Part shown: positions 18,839 through 29,290 of the stretch, one piece after another
How positions within the stretch are numbered: position 1 is the first letter of the stretch
How the letters are laid out: every line of letters begins with the position of its first letter
Source of the DNA: Candidatus Cloacimonadales bacterium
GTDB lineage: Bacteria; Cloacimonadota; Cloacimonadia; Cloacimonadales; JAFGVF01
Direction of reading: 5' to 3'
Length of the DNA: 64,000 bases
Assembly: GCA_963677495.2 (NCBI GenBank)
Contig: CAXXOU010000003.1
Span: 128,001 to 192,000 of the forward strand
Program-made: the position numbers and the translations under genes
The notes under the pieces: generated by a model
Database searches by the model: none
Told to the model about the DNA's origin: nothing
The model's input: only the letters and a program-made list of their open reading frames with translations

Positions 18839-21802
18839 CTACTGAATACATCTGAAACCGATTATACTACCGGAGTACTCAGGGTCATAGTTTTTAGTTC
18901 CATCAAAGTCACGAACCCAGCACTTCAAGTATTCGATAGTTGAGTTCCAGCTACCACCACGAAGGATTTTATAACCGTCAACTGTATCACTATCAGAGCT
19001 TGTCCATTCCCAAACGTTACCAGCCATATCATAGAGTTCATGATAAGCAGGGAAATACGCTACAGGAGTTGTGCCATTATCGAATTCGTCACCACTGTTT
19101 CTGTAATTTGCAACCATATTATCAGCAGGTGCATCGTTGCCCCATGGATAATCTTCAGTGTTTCCACCACGAGCTGCAACTTCCCACTGCCATTCAGTTG
19201 GAAGGCTGTAATCATTAAAATCAGCAAAAGCATGAGCACCATTCCAAGTAACATTAGTCACAGGATGATTTTCATAACCTTCTTCGATTACAAAGTATTC
19301 ACCATTAACGGAAAGCTGAATTTTTGCAAAGTCATTTGCTAAATCATAATACACCTTACCATCACTACCTTTGATTGAATTACCTTGAATCATAGCATTG
19401 CCAGCTTCAATTGCATCAACGATAAAGATTTTGTAAGCAAGGTTAGTTACTTCTGTATTCATGATATTGAAAGCTTCAACATCTTCTTGGTCATAGTAGT
19501 TATCGTCATTTGGTGTACCTACATCGTAAGTTCCACCACTAACACTAACCCAAGAATATAAGTCAGCAGGTCTTGTTGTAAATGTCCAAACATCACTATC
19601 AGATGATTGATCACTATTAATAGCTGCAACTTTCCAGAAATACTGAGTATCCGGAGTTAAAGCAGTTACATCATAATTAGGGTTTGATAAACCTTGAACA
19701 ATTGGTGAAACTGTATCGAGAGCCTCTTCAGTCTCAGCAATGTATAAATCGAAAGTCATACCAGCTTCACTGTAACCTTCAAGTTCCCAATCAAATGTAT
19801 AATCAACACTGATACCAACTTCACCATTACCCGGCATTGGCTCACCGAAAGGATTGATTGAGTAGAAACGCCAGAGTTCACTCTCTTTTTCAAAGATTCC
19901 ATCAGTTGCAACAACTTTCCAACGATACTCTTTATTGAAATCAAGTGTTACATTATGCATGTAGGTAGTCTCTGTTAAATCAGTAGCAACCTCAACTAAG
20001 CTAAACTCATCAGGGCCAAACCAGATGTTGTATGTTAATGCTTCACCATCAACATGGGAGCAGGTCCAGCTTAATTCAGGATTAACAACAAGTACACCTT
20101 CACTATTATGTGCAGGAGTAGGATTGCTGAAATCATTAATTGGGTTTGCTTTTGTATCAAAAGACCATACGTCAGAGTTAATTACGAAATAATCGTCATC
20201 ACCAGGTGTACCATGCTTCGCAACAACACGCCAGTAATAAGTAGTTTCGATTTGAAGAGTATCAGGATCCGCAACAGCTGAAGATGGGTATACAAACTCA
20301 GTTGCTTCAATTCCCTCTTCTTTTGGTTGTAAAGCATCGAGAGCATCATTAGTTGAGATATAGAAATCAAAAGTTACATCAGCACCGATATCCATCATAT
20401 CCCAATCAAAGTTTACATCAAGAATTGCAACATCTTCCTCTTCATGAGCTGGAGATACTACTTCCATTGGATTAATAGTATTGAAAGTCCAAAGTGGTCC
20501 TTCAAGACTATCTGCATCAGTCTTAGCATAAACACGCCAGTAGTATTTCTTAGCATAAGTAAGTTCTTGAGGAATTGTGTATTCATTTGTATCAATATTA
20601 TCTACATTTACAATATGGTAATCAGTAAGTTCAAAATTAGTCTGAGTACTAATGATAACCTGATATGTTAAGGCTTCACCAGTCTCGTGTGTAGCTGTCC
20701 AGCCTAATTGTAAATTAGTAATAGCATTTCCATCAGAATCGTTATCAGGAATTGGATTAACTGGTTCATTGATGATGTGTCTTGTTTCAAACATCCATAA
20801 TGAACTCATCATTCCGTCATCACCATTATAATATTGGTCATTAGCTTTAACACTCCAGAAGTACTCTTTATGATACTCGAGAGTTCCATCATAAGTGAAA
20901 TTAGGAGTAGTTAAACCTGTTGCAAGCTCCTGTAGATTTTCATTATCTGAACCGAACCAGAAGTCGTATGTGATAGGAGAGTTGTCTGCATAGTTCGCGC
21001 ATTCCCATTCAAAATCAATATTAGTGATTCCAACTTCATCCTCTTCATTTGAAGGATATGGTTCAGTAGGTAATTCTAAAGGTAGGATTGTTGAGAAGCT
21101 CCAGACTGGTCCGGTAACTTCATAGTTTCCATCTTTAGCTGTTACTTGCCAGAAGTATTCAGTTTCAAAACTAAGGTTTTCATCAACAAGCTGATATTCT
21201 GCAGCATCAAGATTAAGAACTTCTTGAGCTTCCATTAAGTCAGGGTTTGTTCCATAACGTAAATCAAAAACAAGTTCATCTCTAGCAACGTCTGCATCAG
21301 TAGATTCCCAAGTCAAAGTTGGGGCTGCTATCTGTACATCATCAGCTTCAACAGCCGGTGTAGGATTAGCAGGCTCAGTTGGAGGTACATTATCAAATGT
21401 TAACTGAACATATACCGGAGTAGATGTTGTTTCATTTCCTGTTACATCAATAGCCTTAGCTGTTAATGTATATGTACCTTGATCTGCTACTGTAGCTGCA
21501 TCATTTTCTGCTCTCCATGAGAAAGTCCATGGAAGTTCTGTTAAAGTGTTAAACAATGTGCCATTAACATATAAACTTACTTCAGCGATCTCCCCCGCAT
21601 CTGCAACGAATACGTCCACATCAACTTCTTCTGCAACTGTTTTAATTGCATTGTTCTCAGGTGCAAAGATGTTAACAATTGGATTGTCTCCATCCGGTTC
21701 TTCAATAATTGTTGAGTCCTTCTTGTCTTCATCATCGCTACATGCAAAGATAAAGAGGGCTGCCACGATTAATAGTAACAAATACCATTTACGGTTTTTC
21801 AT
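18839..21802 (-). CDS. large lipoprotein: Ig-like domain, six FN3-like repeats, C-terminal FGE-sulfatase (C-type lectin fold) domain
   Basis: Lipobox FIFA-C; repeats ending VWSFST/LWMFET/LWTFNT/VWSFDT/LWRFYS/VWTFTT; EVTN, LPTEWQWEVAARGG, YDMAGNVWEW, RGGSW, GFRC; start set at ATG 21802 after GGAGG. Confidence 0.88.
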   Translation of the reverse strand: MKNRKWYLLLLIVAALFIFACSDDEDKKDSTIIEEPDGDNPIVNIFAPENNAIKTVAEEVDVDVFVADAGEIAEVSLYVNGTLFNTLTELPWTFSWRAENDAATVADQGTYTLTAKAIDVTGNETTSTPVYVQLTFDNVPPTEPANPTPAVEADDVQIAAPTLTWESTDADVARDELVFDLRYGTNPDLMEAQEVLNLDAAEYQLVDENLSFETEYFWQVTAKDGNYEVTGPVWSFSTILPLELPTEPYPSNEEDEVGITNIDFEWECANYADNSPITYDFWFGSDNENLQELATGLTTPNFTYDGTLEYHKEYFWSVKANDQYYNGDDGMMSSLWMFETRHIINEPVNPIPDNDSDGNAITNLQLGWTATHETGEALTYQVIISTQTNFELTDYHIVNVDNIDTNEYTIPQELTYAKKYYWRVYAKTDADSLEGPLWTFNTINPMEVVSPAHEEEDVAILDVNFDWDMMDIGADVTFDFYISTNDALDALQPKEEGIEATEFVYPSSAVADPDTLQIETTYYWRVVAKHGTPGDDDYFVINSDVWSFDTKANPINDFSNPTPAHNSEGVLVVNPELSWTCSHVDGEALTYNIWFGPDEFSLVEVATDLTETTYMHNVTLDFNKEYRWKVVATDGIFEKESELWRFYSINPFGEPMPGNGEVGISVDYTFDWELEGYSEAGMTFDLYIAETEEALDTVSPIVQGLSNPNYDVTALTPDTQYFWKVAAINSDQSSDSDVWTFTTRPADLYSWVSVSGGTYDVGTPNDDNYYDQEDVEAFNIMNTEVTNLAYKIFIVDAIEAGNAMIQGNSIKGSDGKVYYDLANDFAKIQLSVNGEYFVIEEGYENHPVTNVTWNGAHAFADFNDYSLPTEWQWEVAARGGNTEDYPWGNDAPADNMVANYRNSGDEFDNGTTPVAYFPAYHELYDMAGNVWEWTSSDSDTVDGYKILRGGSWNSTIEYLKCWVRDFDGTKNYDPEYSGSIIGFRCIQ

Positions 21803-22104
21803 CAAAATAGCCTCCACTTGACACTATCTATTTTCTTTATTCTATAATTTTTTCCAGTTCATACCAAAATTACGTAGAGACAACTTAAAGTCAATTATTT
21901 TCTAATGCAACGTTTTTCTCTACTCCCAATCTCACCTTGGGAATGGTTGAGTTTTAGTAAACTTGCAAAAGATGAATCTCTCGGAAAGAAAGAGTTCATA
22001 GTTATTAAGCACCCTCTAAAAAATAGAAATACGAAAGCAACTTTTGCAAGGTCACAGAACCAATTCGAATGTATAATTCTGTACTCTCAGATTAGCCGTT
22101 CCAT

Positions 22105-22260
22105 CAAAACGCAGTCATCCCACTGTTTTCCCACTGTGCACGCACTGTGCACCCAGTGAAACAGTGGGTTGGCAGTGCCTTCACAGTGCGTGCACAGTGC
22201 AAACGCAGTGCGTTGGTGGATGGAGTAGTTAAAGAGTGCAAAAAGGGCATTAAATAATGC
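22105..22260. repeat. ~11-nt periodic CACTG/CAGTG tract with dyad symmetry
   Basis: cccactgttttcccactgtgcacgcactgtgcacccagtgaaacagtgggttggcagtgccttcacagtgcgtgcacagtgc. Confidence 0.7.
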
Positions 22261-22672
22261 TAAGTTATTATAAATTGCACTGTGTATGTATTCTAAAGCT
22301 GTCGCAATAGTGAACAAAGGGAGATGGGAATAGCGAAAAGTGGCAATAATCCAATTCGTGACAAGACGCACCAACGTAGATGGTGCACTCCATAATTGTA
22401 AGTTATTGCAAATTGCACTGTATATGTTAATCCAAAGCTGTCGCAATTGCGACCAAAGGGAGATGGGAATAGCGGAAAGTGGCAATAATCCAATTCGTGA
22501 CAAGACGCACCAACGTAGATGGTGCACTCCATAATTGTAAGTTATTATAAATTGCACTGTGTATGTGTTCTAAAGCTGTCGCAATAGTGAACAAAAGGAG
22601 ATGGGAATAGCGAAAAGTGGCAATAATCCAATTCGTGACAAGACGCACCAACGTAGATGGTGCATCCATAAT
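22261..22672. repeat. tandem array, 3 copies of ~138 bp
   Basis: Units start at 22261, 22399, 22538 (taagttatt...aattgcactg); each ends tcgtgacaagacgcaccaacgtagatggtgc. Confidence 0.95.
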
Positions 22673-22703
22673 CGCTTTGCTTCGTAATCCGCAGCTTATA
22701 TTG

Positions 22704-23615
22704 TCACAAGCTATTTCTAACCTTTTTTGACGTAATTTGGATCAATACCCCATTCATTATATGGTGTGAAATGAGATAGAATACAGTTGGGATTGCTGCA
22801 ATAGGAGAGAAATGACCAACACAAATCATAATTGACAGGAGAGTATTTTTTTGGCCAATAGCTACAGGTAATGTGCGCTGCATGACTGGATTCTTTGTAG
22901 AAAGATACCCGATTGCATATAAGATAAAGGTGGTAAAAAACATGGCTAAGAAAAGATAAAATACTTCGTTAATAGGAGTTTCTCTAATCTTTAAACTTGC
23001 AGAAGCAACTGCTACCATCACCATGAATATTTGTAAAACATTTTTACGAGTATCTATATTCTCGACTATCCAAACTTTAACCATTTTGTGACGTTTTACA
23101 AGCAATGCTAAAGCCATCGGTATAAATACCACGACTAATACTCTCGCTAGGATTGCCACTGTAGGTACCTCTATCTCCTCTCCTTTTAACAAAAGGGTAG
23201 GGATAAAAGAATATGTTAAAGGTGACAGCAGATTGTAGATAACAACGTTGCTCATCATGAACTCCAAGTCCCCTTTGGTGACTGATATAATAACCGGAGA
23301 GCCTAAGGCCGGAGGAGTTATTACTGCAAAGAGTAAGCCGATGCGATAATCATTAATGAGGCTTTTAGTGGTGAAAAACACTATTGCAGGTAGAATTATC
23401 CAGTTAAATAACGGATATAACAGCAATTTTGGGTTAATAAAGTGATCGGGTCGGAAGTCCACTTTTAAGAAACTACAAAAGAGAAGCAGTAGTAAGATAT
23501 AGAAGATAAGTTCTTTAAATACTGCTAATTGAGGGAAGAGTAAACCAATCCCGCAAGCTAAAACCAGGAAGGCTCCGGTGTATTTCTTGATAAACGTCTC
23601 TATTGTGTAGAGCAT
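22704..23615 (-). CDS. bile acid:sodium symporter (BASS)-family membrane protein
   Basis: About 9 TM segments, TPPA..SPV, GQKNT motif. Confidence 0.75.
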   Translation of the reverse strand: MLYTIETFIKKYTGAFLVLACGIGLLFPQLAVFKELIFYILLLLLFCSFLKVDFRPDHFINPKLLLYPLFNWIILPAIVFFTTKSLINDYRIGLLFAVITPPALGSPVIISVTKGDLEFMMSNVVIYNLLSPLTYSFIPTLLLKGEEIEVPTVAILARVLVVVFIPMALALLVKRHKMVKVWIVENIDTRKNVLQIFMVMVAVASASLKIRETPINEVFYLFLAMFFTTFILYAIGYLSTKNPVMQRTLPVAIGQKNTLLSIMICVGHFSPIAAIPTVFYLISHHIMNGVLIQITSKKVRNSL

Positions 23616-23619
23616 ATAT

Positions 23620-24873
23620 CTATTTGTTTAGTTTCTCGATAATCGAATCAGCAGCCAACCAAGCTGTAGACCATGCAATTTGCAGATTGAAGCCACCTGT
23701 ATCTGCGTCTAGATCCAGCAATTCGCCAACTATATACAGTCCCGGTATTAGCTTCGACTCCATGGTGGATTGTTGTACTTCTTTGAGGTTAACACCACCT
23801 GCAGTGATTATTGCTTCCTCTATAGCACGTGTAGATTTTATGTTAAACCTTAAGTCCTTACAGAATCTATGTAGTCTTGTTCTTTCTTTTGCAGTGATTT
23901 GACTGACAGGCTTTTTCAAAGGCACAGCAATTCTTTTCGCACAAAAAGGTACAACTTTGCCTGGGAAGAGTGTTCTTAAAACTGATTCAAACTGTCGTTT
24001 GTTTTTATCTTCCAACTCTCTTATTAGTCTTGCTTTCATCTTCTCATCATCTAAAGCCGGTTTGAAATCAATACTAACTTCTACCTGTTTACCTTGACTT
24101 AAATATCTGCTTACATATCGACTAAGAGTTAAAATAATTGGACCGGTAAGTCCAAAATGGGCAAAAAGCATTTCGCCAAACTCACTGTGTTTTTTCTTCC
24201 CATCAACGTAAATAGATGCACTAACGTTCTTAAGACTCACACCCATCACCTCATTTACATCCTTCTCAACAGTGTTTAGGGGTATTAATGAAGGTAAAAT
24301 TGGAGTAACTGCATGACCCTGACGTTCTAAAATTCCATAACTTGAGCCATCAGTACCGGTAAGTGGATAAGATGCTCCACCTGTGGACATAATTACATTG
24401 TTGGAATAGTGATGGTTTCCTTCAGAGTCTATCACACCAACTAGTTTATCATCATGAATAAGAAGATCTGACACAACAGTCTCGTTGAGAATCTTTACTT
24501 TATTATCCAGGTTCCAGTAGAAAAGGGCATCAACAATATCCTGGGCTTTATCTGATTGAGGAAAATACCTTCCTCCTCTCTCCATCTTTGTCGGGATATT
24601 GAGAGTGTTCTCTATGAACTCAATCATATCAGTGTTGAAGAATCTCTTAAATGCAGGATAAAGAAACTTTGGATTAGGTTCGATATGGGCTAAAAACTCT
24701 CTAAGAGAAGCTGAATTAGTTATATTACATCTTCCTTTACCGGTTATACGTAGTTTACGTCCACATTTAACCATTTTTTCAAGTATGAGAACTTTGGCTC
24801 CACTCTCAGCAACATGTCCTGCAGCTAGTAATCCAGCAGCACCACCACCAACAACTATTAAATCATACCTCAT
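23620..24873 (-). CDS. HI0933/YhiN-family flavoprotein
   Basis: GGGAAG, GRKLRITGKGRCN, TGGASYP.TGTDG, TAGGV, TGGFNLQ. Confidence 0.93.
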   Translation of the reverse strand: MRYDLIVVGGGAAGLLAAGHVAESGAKVLILEKMVKCGRKLRITGKGRCNITNSASLREFLAHIEPNPKFLYPAFKRFFNTDMIEFIENTLNIPTKMERGGRYFPQSDKAQDIVDALFYWNLDNKVKILNETVVSDLLIHDDKLVGVIDSEGNHHYSNNVIMSTGGASYPLTGTDGSSYGILERQGHAVTPILPSLIPLNTVEKDVNEVMGVSLKNVSASIYVDGKKKHSEFGEMLFAHFGLTGPIILTLSRYVSRYLSQGKQVEVSIDFKPALDDEKMKARLIRELEDKNKRQFESVLRTLFPGKVVPFCAKRIAVPLKKPVSQITAKERTRLHRFCKDLRFNIKSTRAIEEAIITAGGVNLKEVQQSTMESKLIPGLYIVGELLDLDADTGGFNLQIAWSTAWLAADSIIEKLNK

Positions 24874-27005
24874 TGTTTAATTCCTAATATATCCATCATA
24901 AATGCATACTGAAAAGCAAGCTCTTCGAAATATTGATAACGCCCGGAGGCACCTTGGTGTCCTGACATATTAGTTCGTAAGAGTAAAGCATTATTATCTG
25001 TTTTCATGTAACGTAACTTAGCAACCCATTTCGTAGGTTCCCAGTAGTTAACTCTAGGGTCATAGAATCCCGCAATAACCAGCATATGTGGATATTGTTG
25101 GGGTCTAACATTTGTATATGGGCAATATGAGTTGATATAGTCAAAATACTTTTCCTCTCTTGGATTCCCCCATTCTTCATACTCAGCAACTGTTGCTACA
25201 AGGGTTGTATCAAGCATTGTATTAACTATATCTACAAAAGGTACATCTGCAATTGCCACCTTGCAAATATCAGGCCTCTGGTTGAGAACTGCTCCTATTA
25301 ACAAACCACCGGCACTACCACCTTCGATTACTAACTTCTCCCTGGAAGTGTATTCCATCTCCACAAGATAATCGCAACAGCTTATGAAGTCATTAAATGT
25401 GTTTTTCTTGTTTAGAAGACGACCGGCATTATACCATTTATCTCCATTCTCTCCCCCACCGCGTATATGAGCTATTGCATAAACGAATCCTCTATCCAGT
25501 AAACTAAGTCTGCTAGAGGAAAAATAAGCTTCACTCACAGAGCCATATGCACCATAACCTTCAATATAAAGAGGGTTACTGCCATTATGCTTAAACTTTT
25601 TCCTATTATACACTAAAGAAATCGGTATGCGTGTACCGTCACTTGCTTTTGCATAAATCTTTTCTGAGCGATAGTTATCCTGATTATAGCCTGAGGGAAT
25701 CTCCCGTTTCTTAAGTACCTTCCTGCTTTTAGTCTGAAGATCAAACTCATAAGCAATTTCAGGAGTAGTAAGCGATTCATAACTATACCTGAGAGTTGTT
25801 GTAAAGAAATCAGGATTACCATGTGTATAATAGCTGTAAGCGGGATCATCAAAGTCTATGTAATACTCTAACTTACTGATTAAATCATGAATTTTCATCA
25901 TAGTCTTACCATCTTTGATTTCATGTAAGACCATAAATCTATCGAAGAGCTCGAAGTATTCTAGAAAGACTTTGCTATCCTCTTTAATTACTTCTTCCCA
26001 GTTTCTATAATCCGGATTATCAGCATTTACCTTTATTAGCTTATAGTTTGGAGCTTCATCATTCGTTAAGATGTAGAATAGCCCATCTTTGTGAGAAATT
26101 GAGTACTGAACTCCGTTGACTCTCTCTCTGAGCATTTTGAACTCAGGGTATTCTGTATCAGCTTTAGCATAGTACATCTCATCGGTTACTTTACTGCTAG
26201 AACCTGCGATGAAATAGTTCTTATCTTTAGTTTTGTAGAGCCAAACATGATAACCGGCATCATCTTCTTTTAGAATAAGTTCATCCTCAGATTGAGGGGT
26301 TCCTAACTTATGCCTATAAAGAGAATCGGTGTAGTTTTCAATAAGGTTATCTTTGGTATAATATATGTATCGGTTATCATTACTCCATTCTATTGATGAC
26401 ACTGCATACAATGAATCTGACAATACTCTTCCGGTTTTTATATCCTTTATAAATAAGGTGTATATTTCTTCGCCAGTTGAATCATATGCATAAGCTACAA
26501 GCTTATGATTTGGACTAACAGCAATAATGTCGAGAGAGTAGTATTCATGACCTTCAGCCAGTTGATTAATATTAATCACAAGTTCCTCTTCAGATTCCAT
26601 TGAGTCTTTTCGACGACAATAGATAGAATAATCCTTTCCACTCTCATCTTTCATATAATAGAAATAGCAATCTTTTTGAATTGGAAGTGATAAATCATCA
26701 TGATTGATTCTTGCAACCATCTCCTTGTACAGATTCTCCTGTAAATCCAAAGTCGGCTCCATAACCTTCCCTGTATAAACATTCTCCTCTTCAATATATT
26801 CTATAACACTTTGATCAGTACGAGTTTTATCTTTAAGCCAGGAATATGAATCTCTTAGATAGTGATTATGTAGTCTTTTATACTGTTTTACTCTCTTTGC
26901 TTTTGGTGGAGTAACAACTCTTGCCAAGCCGGAAACATCAACTGCTCCCAGGAAACTGATTCCTGAGAGCAGCAGAGTGATAATTATTGTTTTAAGTATT
27001 TTCAT
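24870..27005 (-). CDS. S9A oligopeptidase B-like peptidase with signal peptide
   Basis: GYGAYG, HIRGGGE, GGSAGG, DPRV.YWEP.KW. Confidence 0.92.
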   Translation of the reverse strand: MKILKTIIITLLLSGISFLGAVDVSGLARVVTPPKAKRVKQYKRLHNHYLRDSYSWLKDKTRTDQSVIEYIEEENVYTGKVMEPTLDLQENLYKEMVARINHDDLSLPIQKDCYFYYMKDESGKDYSIYCRRKDSMESEEELVININQLAEGHEYYSLDIIAVSPNHKLVAYAYDSTGEEIYTLFIKDIKTGRVLSDSLYAVSSIEWSNDNRYIYYTKDNLIENYTDSLYRHKLGTPQSEDELILKEDDAGYHVWLYKTKDKNYFIAGSSSKVTDEMYYAKADTEYPEFKMLRERVNGVQYSISHKDGLFYILTNDEAPNYKLIKVNADNPDYRNWEEVIKEDSKVFLEYFELFDRFMVLHEIKDGKTMMKIHDLISKLEYYIDFDDPAYSYYTHGNPDFFTTTLRYSYESLTTPEIAYEFDLQTKSRKVLKKREIPSGYNQDNYRSEKIYAKASDGTRIPISLVYNRKKFKHNGSNPLYIEGYGAYGSVSEAYFSSSRLSLLDRGFVYAIAHIRGGGENGDKWYNAGRLLNKKNTFNDFISCCDYLVEMEYTSREKLVIEGGSAGGLLIGAVLNQRPDICKVAIADVPFVDIVNTMLDTTLVATVAEYEEWGNPREEKYFDYINSYCPYTNVRPQQYPHMLVIAGFYDPRVNYWEPTKWVAKLRYMKTDNNALLLRTNMSGHQGASGRYQYFEELAFQYAFMMDILGIKQ

Positions 27006-29146
27006 TATTTGATAATGACAGCCTTTGAAGTAATAGAAGCTGAGTTTGATTGAAGTCTGATAAAGTAGATTCCTGACTTAAGGTTCGTACTCCATTCTAT
27101 CTCGTTAGTGCCTTTATTTATTCTACCTGAGAATATTGATTCAACTAACTGACCTTTTACATTGTACACACAAATCTTTGCATTTTCTAAAGAGCTCTTA
27201 GTATTTAAGCTTAGAATTGAATTTCCAGAGAAAGGATTAGGATAGGTATTCATTGTAATATTGCTAACAACAGGCTGGGTTATCTCTTCATTTGATACAC
27301 CTGCAAAGAGATGAAATCCAAGATGCGAAAAATCATCAGAATCGTATATATCCCATTCCCCATTGTTCTGAGGATCAGCTTGGCCGGACTGAGGAGCATT
27401 TATATGAAGTTTTCTTACTAAAGTAACGTTTTGCGCAAAGTTTGCGTCACCTGCAATGCCAATACGGTCTATTTCAACTCCATTCTTTAGAAGTCTGATC
27501 TGATCATTACCATTAAAATTGATAACTCCATTACTTGTTACATCTGCTTCATCAATGATATCCTGGCTTGATTGTGAATTCGCTATTACATAAACTTCAT
27601 TATGACCTAACATCCCTGTGAAATCGTATGTATTACCAAATTCATTCCCACCGTTTACATCTTTTTCTAGACTGTATTGAGAAAGGTCTACTGCCATACC
27701 TGTACCATTATAAATCTCAATAGCTTTGTTGTAACTACTACCTTCAATATACTCAGAGATAAAAAGATCTGTTGTAAAGTACATAGAACCAGCTTCAGTT
27801 GTAACTGACATAGTGTTTGAAAAATCACTGTATGTATTATTATGTAACGCTCTTACTCTGTAAAAATAAGTATGGTCAGGATACAATCCACTAACATTCA
27901 AAAATTGATCGTTTGTAACAAAACCGCTATAACCTGTCACATAACTAGTAAATGCTTCATCATTAGCAAGCTCAAATGAATAAGCATCAACAGAAGAGGT
28001 AATATCCCACTGTGCTGTAAAAGAGTTTGATTCAACATTGCTAGGGGATAATAGAGTCGGAGTTGGCATATCGTCATCTGTAATAGTTAAACTGAATGTA
28101 GAGATTGGACCGGGACCTGGTGTATTAGGACCATCAAAGTTACGTAACCCAAACACGATTGTCTCAGTTCCTTCAACCAAATCGTCATCTGTAATTCCAA
28201 TATTGATAACTTGAGCATCTTCTGAGTCAGCAGGGAATGTGATGATTTGTGTATTGAATCCATCAACATCGTTAGCATCACCGGAAACTAAGTAAGCTTC
28301 AACAGTAGTCTGCTCATCACCGGGATTCACAATAGTAAGGTTGACATTGATACTGTCATAGCTTTCCGGTAATGTAATTGAACTCATAGAATACTGAATA
28401 ACTGTATTAGGGGAAGTTGTCCCCCAAATATAATCAATAAACTCAGGGTGATCAACGAAAGGATTTCTGTTGTTTTGATAGCTGTATATCCCTTCATTTC
28501 GTTGCTGTTCTGCTACATCAACAGGATCAGACACATGCCATTCTAATAAGGTGTTGACCATATTGATCCCACCTCGTGTAAGAGATTCATTATAGCGAAC
28601 ATGGAAATACAATAATGCTCTAGCTACATTTCCTTTATGCTGATCAGCCGGTTCAAAACAGGTTGTTCCATTCATGTTCGCACCACGCTTACTTACATAT
28701 CCGTTGGCATAGGTATATGTATTACCAACACTTGTAACATTATCAAAAGGAAGATTTCCTCTTGATGAATTTACGTTACTATTCGTTGGGAAAAGATGGT
28801 GAATATCTGCTCGTTTAATTGATGATTCACTAGATCCGAACCAACTTTGTGCAAAAGTATGCTCACAATTCAAATACGTTTGATTAGGCATTCCACCAGG
28901 TGAGACATTATAATCTTGTCCTGTATATACACATCTAACAAGTCCACTATTATTATCGATATATCCGAACATCTCTTCCTTTGCACCAGTATAACTACTG
29001 TTGTTATTTGTAGAAATTATCGAATGTAAACCATTTTTTAGAGCATCTCCTGTTAATCCGGAAACACTATCATAATATCCTGGAGGATCTGCTTGTAGTA
29101 AGGCAAAGGAAACTACCAGAATCCAAAGTAATGTAAATTTTTTCAT
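27005..29146 (-). CDS. secreted endonuclease I-family nuclease with Calx-beta/FN3/lamin-tail domains and C-terminal sorting domain
   Basis: NCEHTFAQSW, DIHHLFPT, NSSRGN, KGNVARA, QNNRNPFVDHPE; FISEYIEGSSYNKAIEIYN; YPNPF CTD. Confidence 0.9.
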   Translation of the reverse strand: MKKFTLLWILVVSFALLQADPPGYYDSVSGLTGDALKNGLHSIISTNNNSSYTGAKEEMFGYIDNNSGLVRCVYTGQDYNVSPGGMPNQTYLNCEHTFAQSWFGSSESSIKRADIHHLFPTNSNVNSSRGNLPFDNVTSVGNTYTYANGYVSKRGANMNGTTCFEPADQHKGNVARALLYFHVRYNESLTRGGINMVNTLLEWHVSDPVDVAEQQRNEGIYSYQNNRNPFVDHPEFIDYIWGTTSPNTVIQYSMSSITLPESYDSINVNLTIVNPGDEQTTVEAYLVSGDANDVDGFNTQIITFPADSEDAQVINIGITDDDLVEGTETIVFGLRNFDGPNTPGPGPISTFSLTITDDDMPTPTLLSPSNVESNSFTAQWDITSSVDAYSFELANDEAFTSYVTGYSGFVTNDQFLNVSGLYPDHTYFYRVRALHNNTYSDFSNTMSVTTEAGSMYFTTDLFISEYIEGSSYNKAIEIYNGTGMAVDLSQYSLEKDVNGGNEFGNTYDFTGMLGHNEVYVIANSQSSQDIIDEADVTSNGVINFNGNDQIRLLKNGVEIDRIGIAGDANFAQNVTLVRKLHINAPQSGQADPQNNGEWDIYDSDDFSHLGFHLFAGVSNEEITQPVVSNITMNTYPNPFSGNSILSLNTKSSLENAKICVYNVKGQLVESIFSGRINKGTNEIEWSTNLKSGIYFIRLQSNSASITSKAVIIK

Positions 29147-29237
29147 GAAAAACCTCTTTCTTAATATTCTCTTATGTAAATGCTAAAATAACCCTCGAAG
29201 CCGTCAACAACAAACTATAAATGCTTTTATAACATGT

Positions 29238-29271
29238 AAAAAGAAACCGCATTTTTCAATGCGGTTTCTTT
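29238..29271. terminator. rho-independent terminator
   Basis: aagaaaccgcat...atgcggtttctt. Confidence 0.75.
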
Positions 29272-29290
29272 GGAAAGGGTAATCAGTAAT

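Noticed and set aside
5676..21802. Complete DGR (Avd-like remnant plus FGE target)
   Set aside because: No reverse transcriptase or template repeat seen; the genes are 12 kb apart and the four-helix gene is not clearly Avd
22087..22669. ORFs over the 138 bp array
   Set aside because: Translations of repeats in shifting frames; no RBS or recognisable domain
22261..22672. CRISPR array
   Set aside because: Whole units are conserved with no unique spacers; no cas genes in the window
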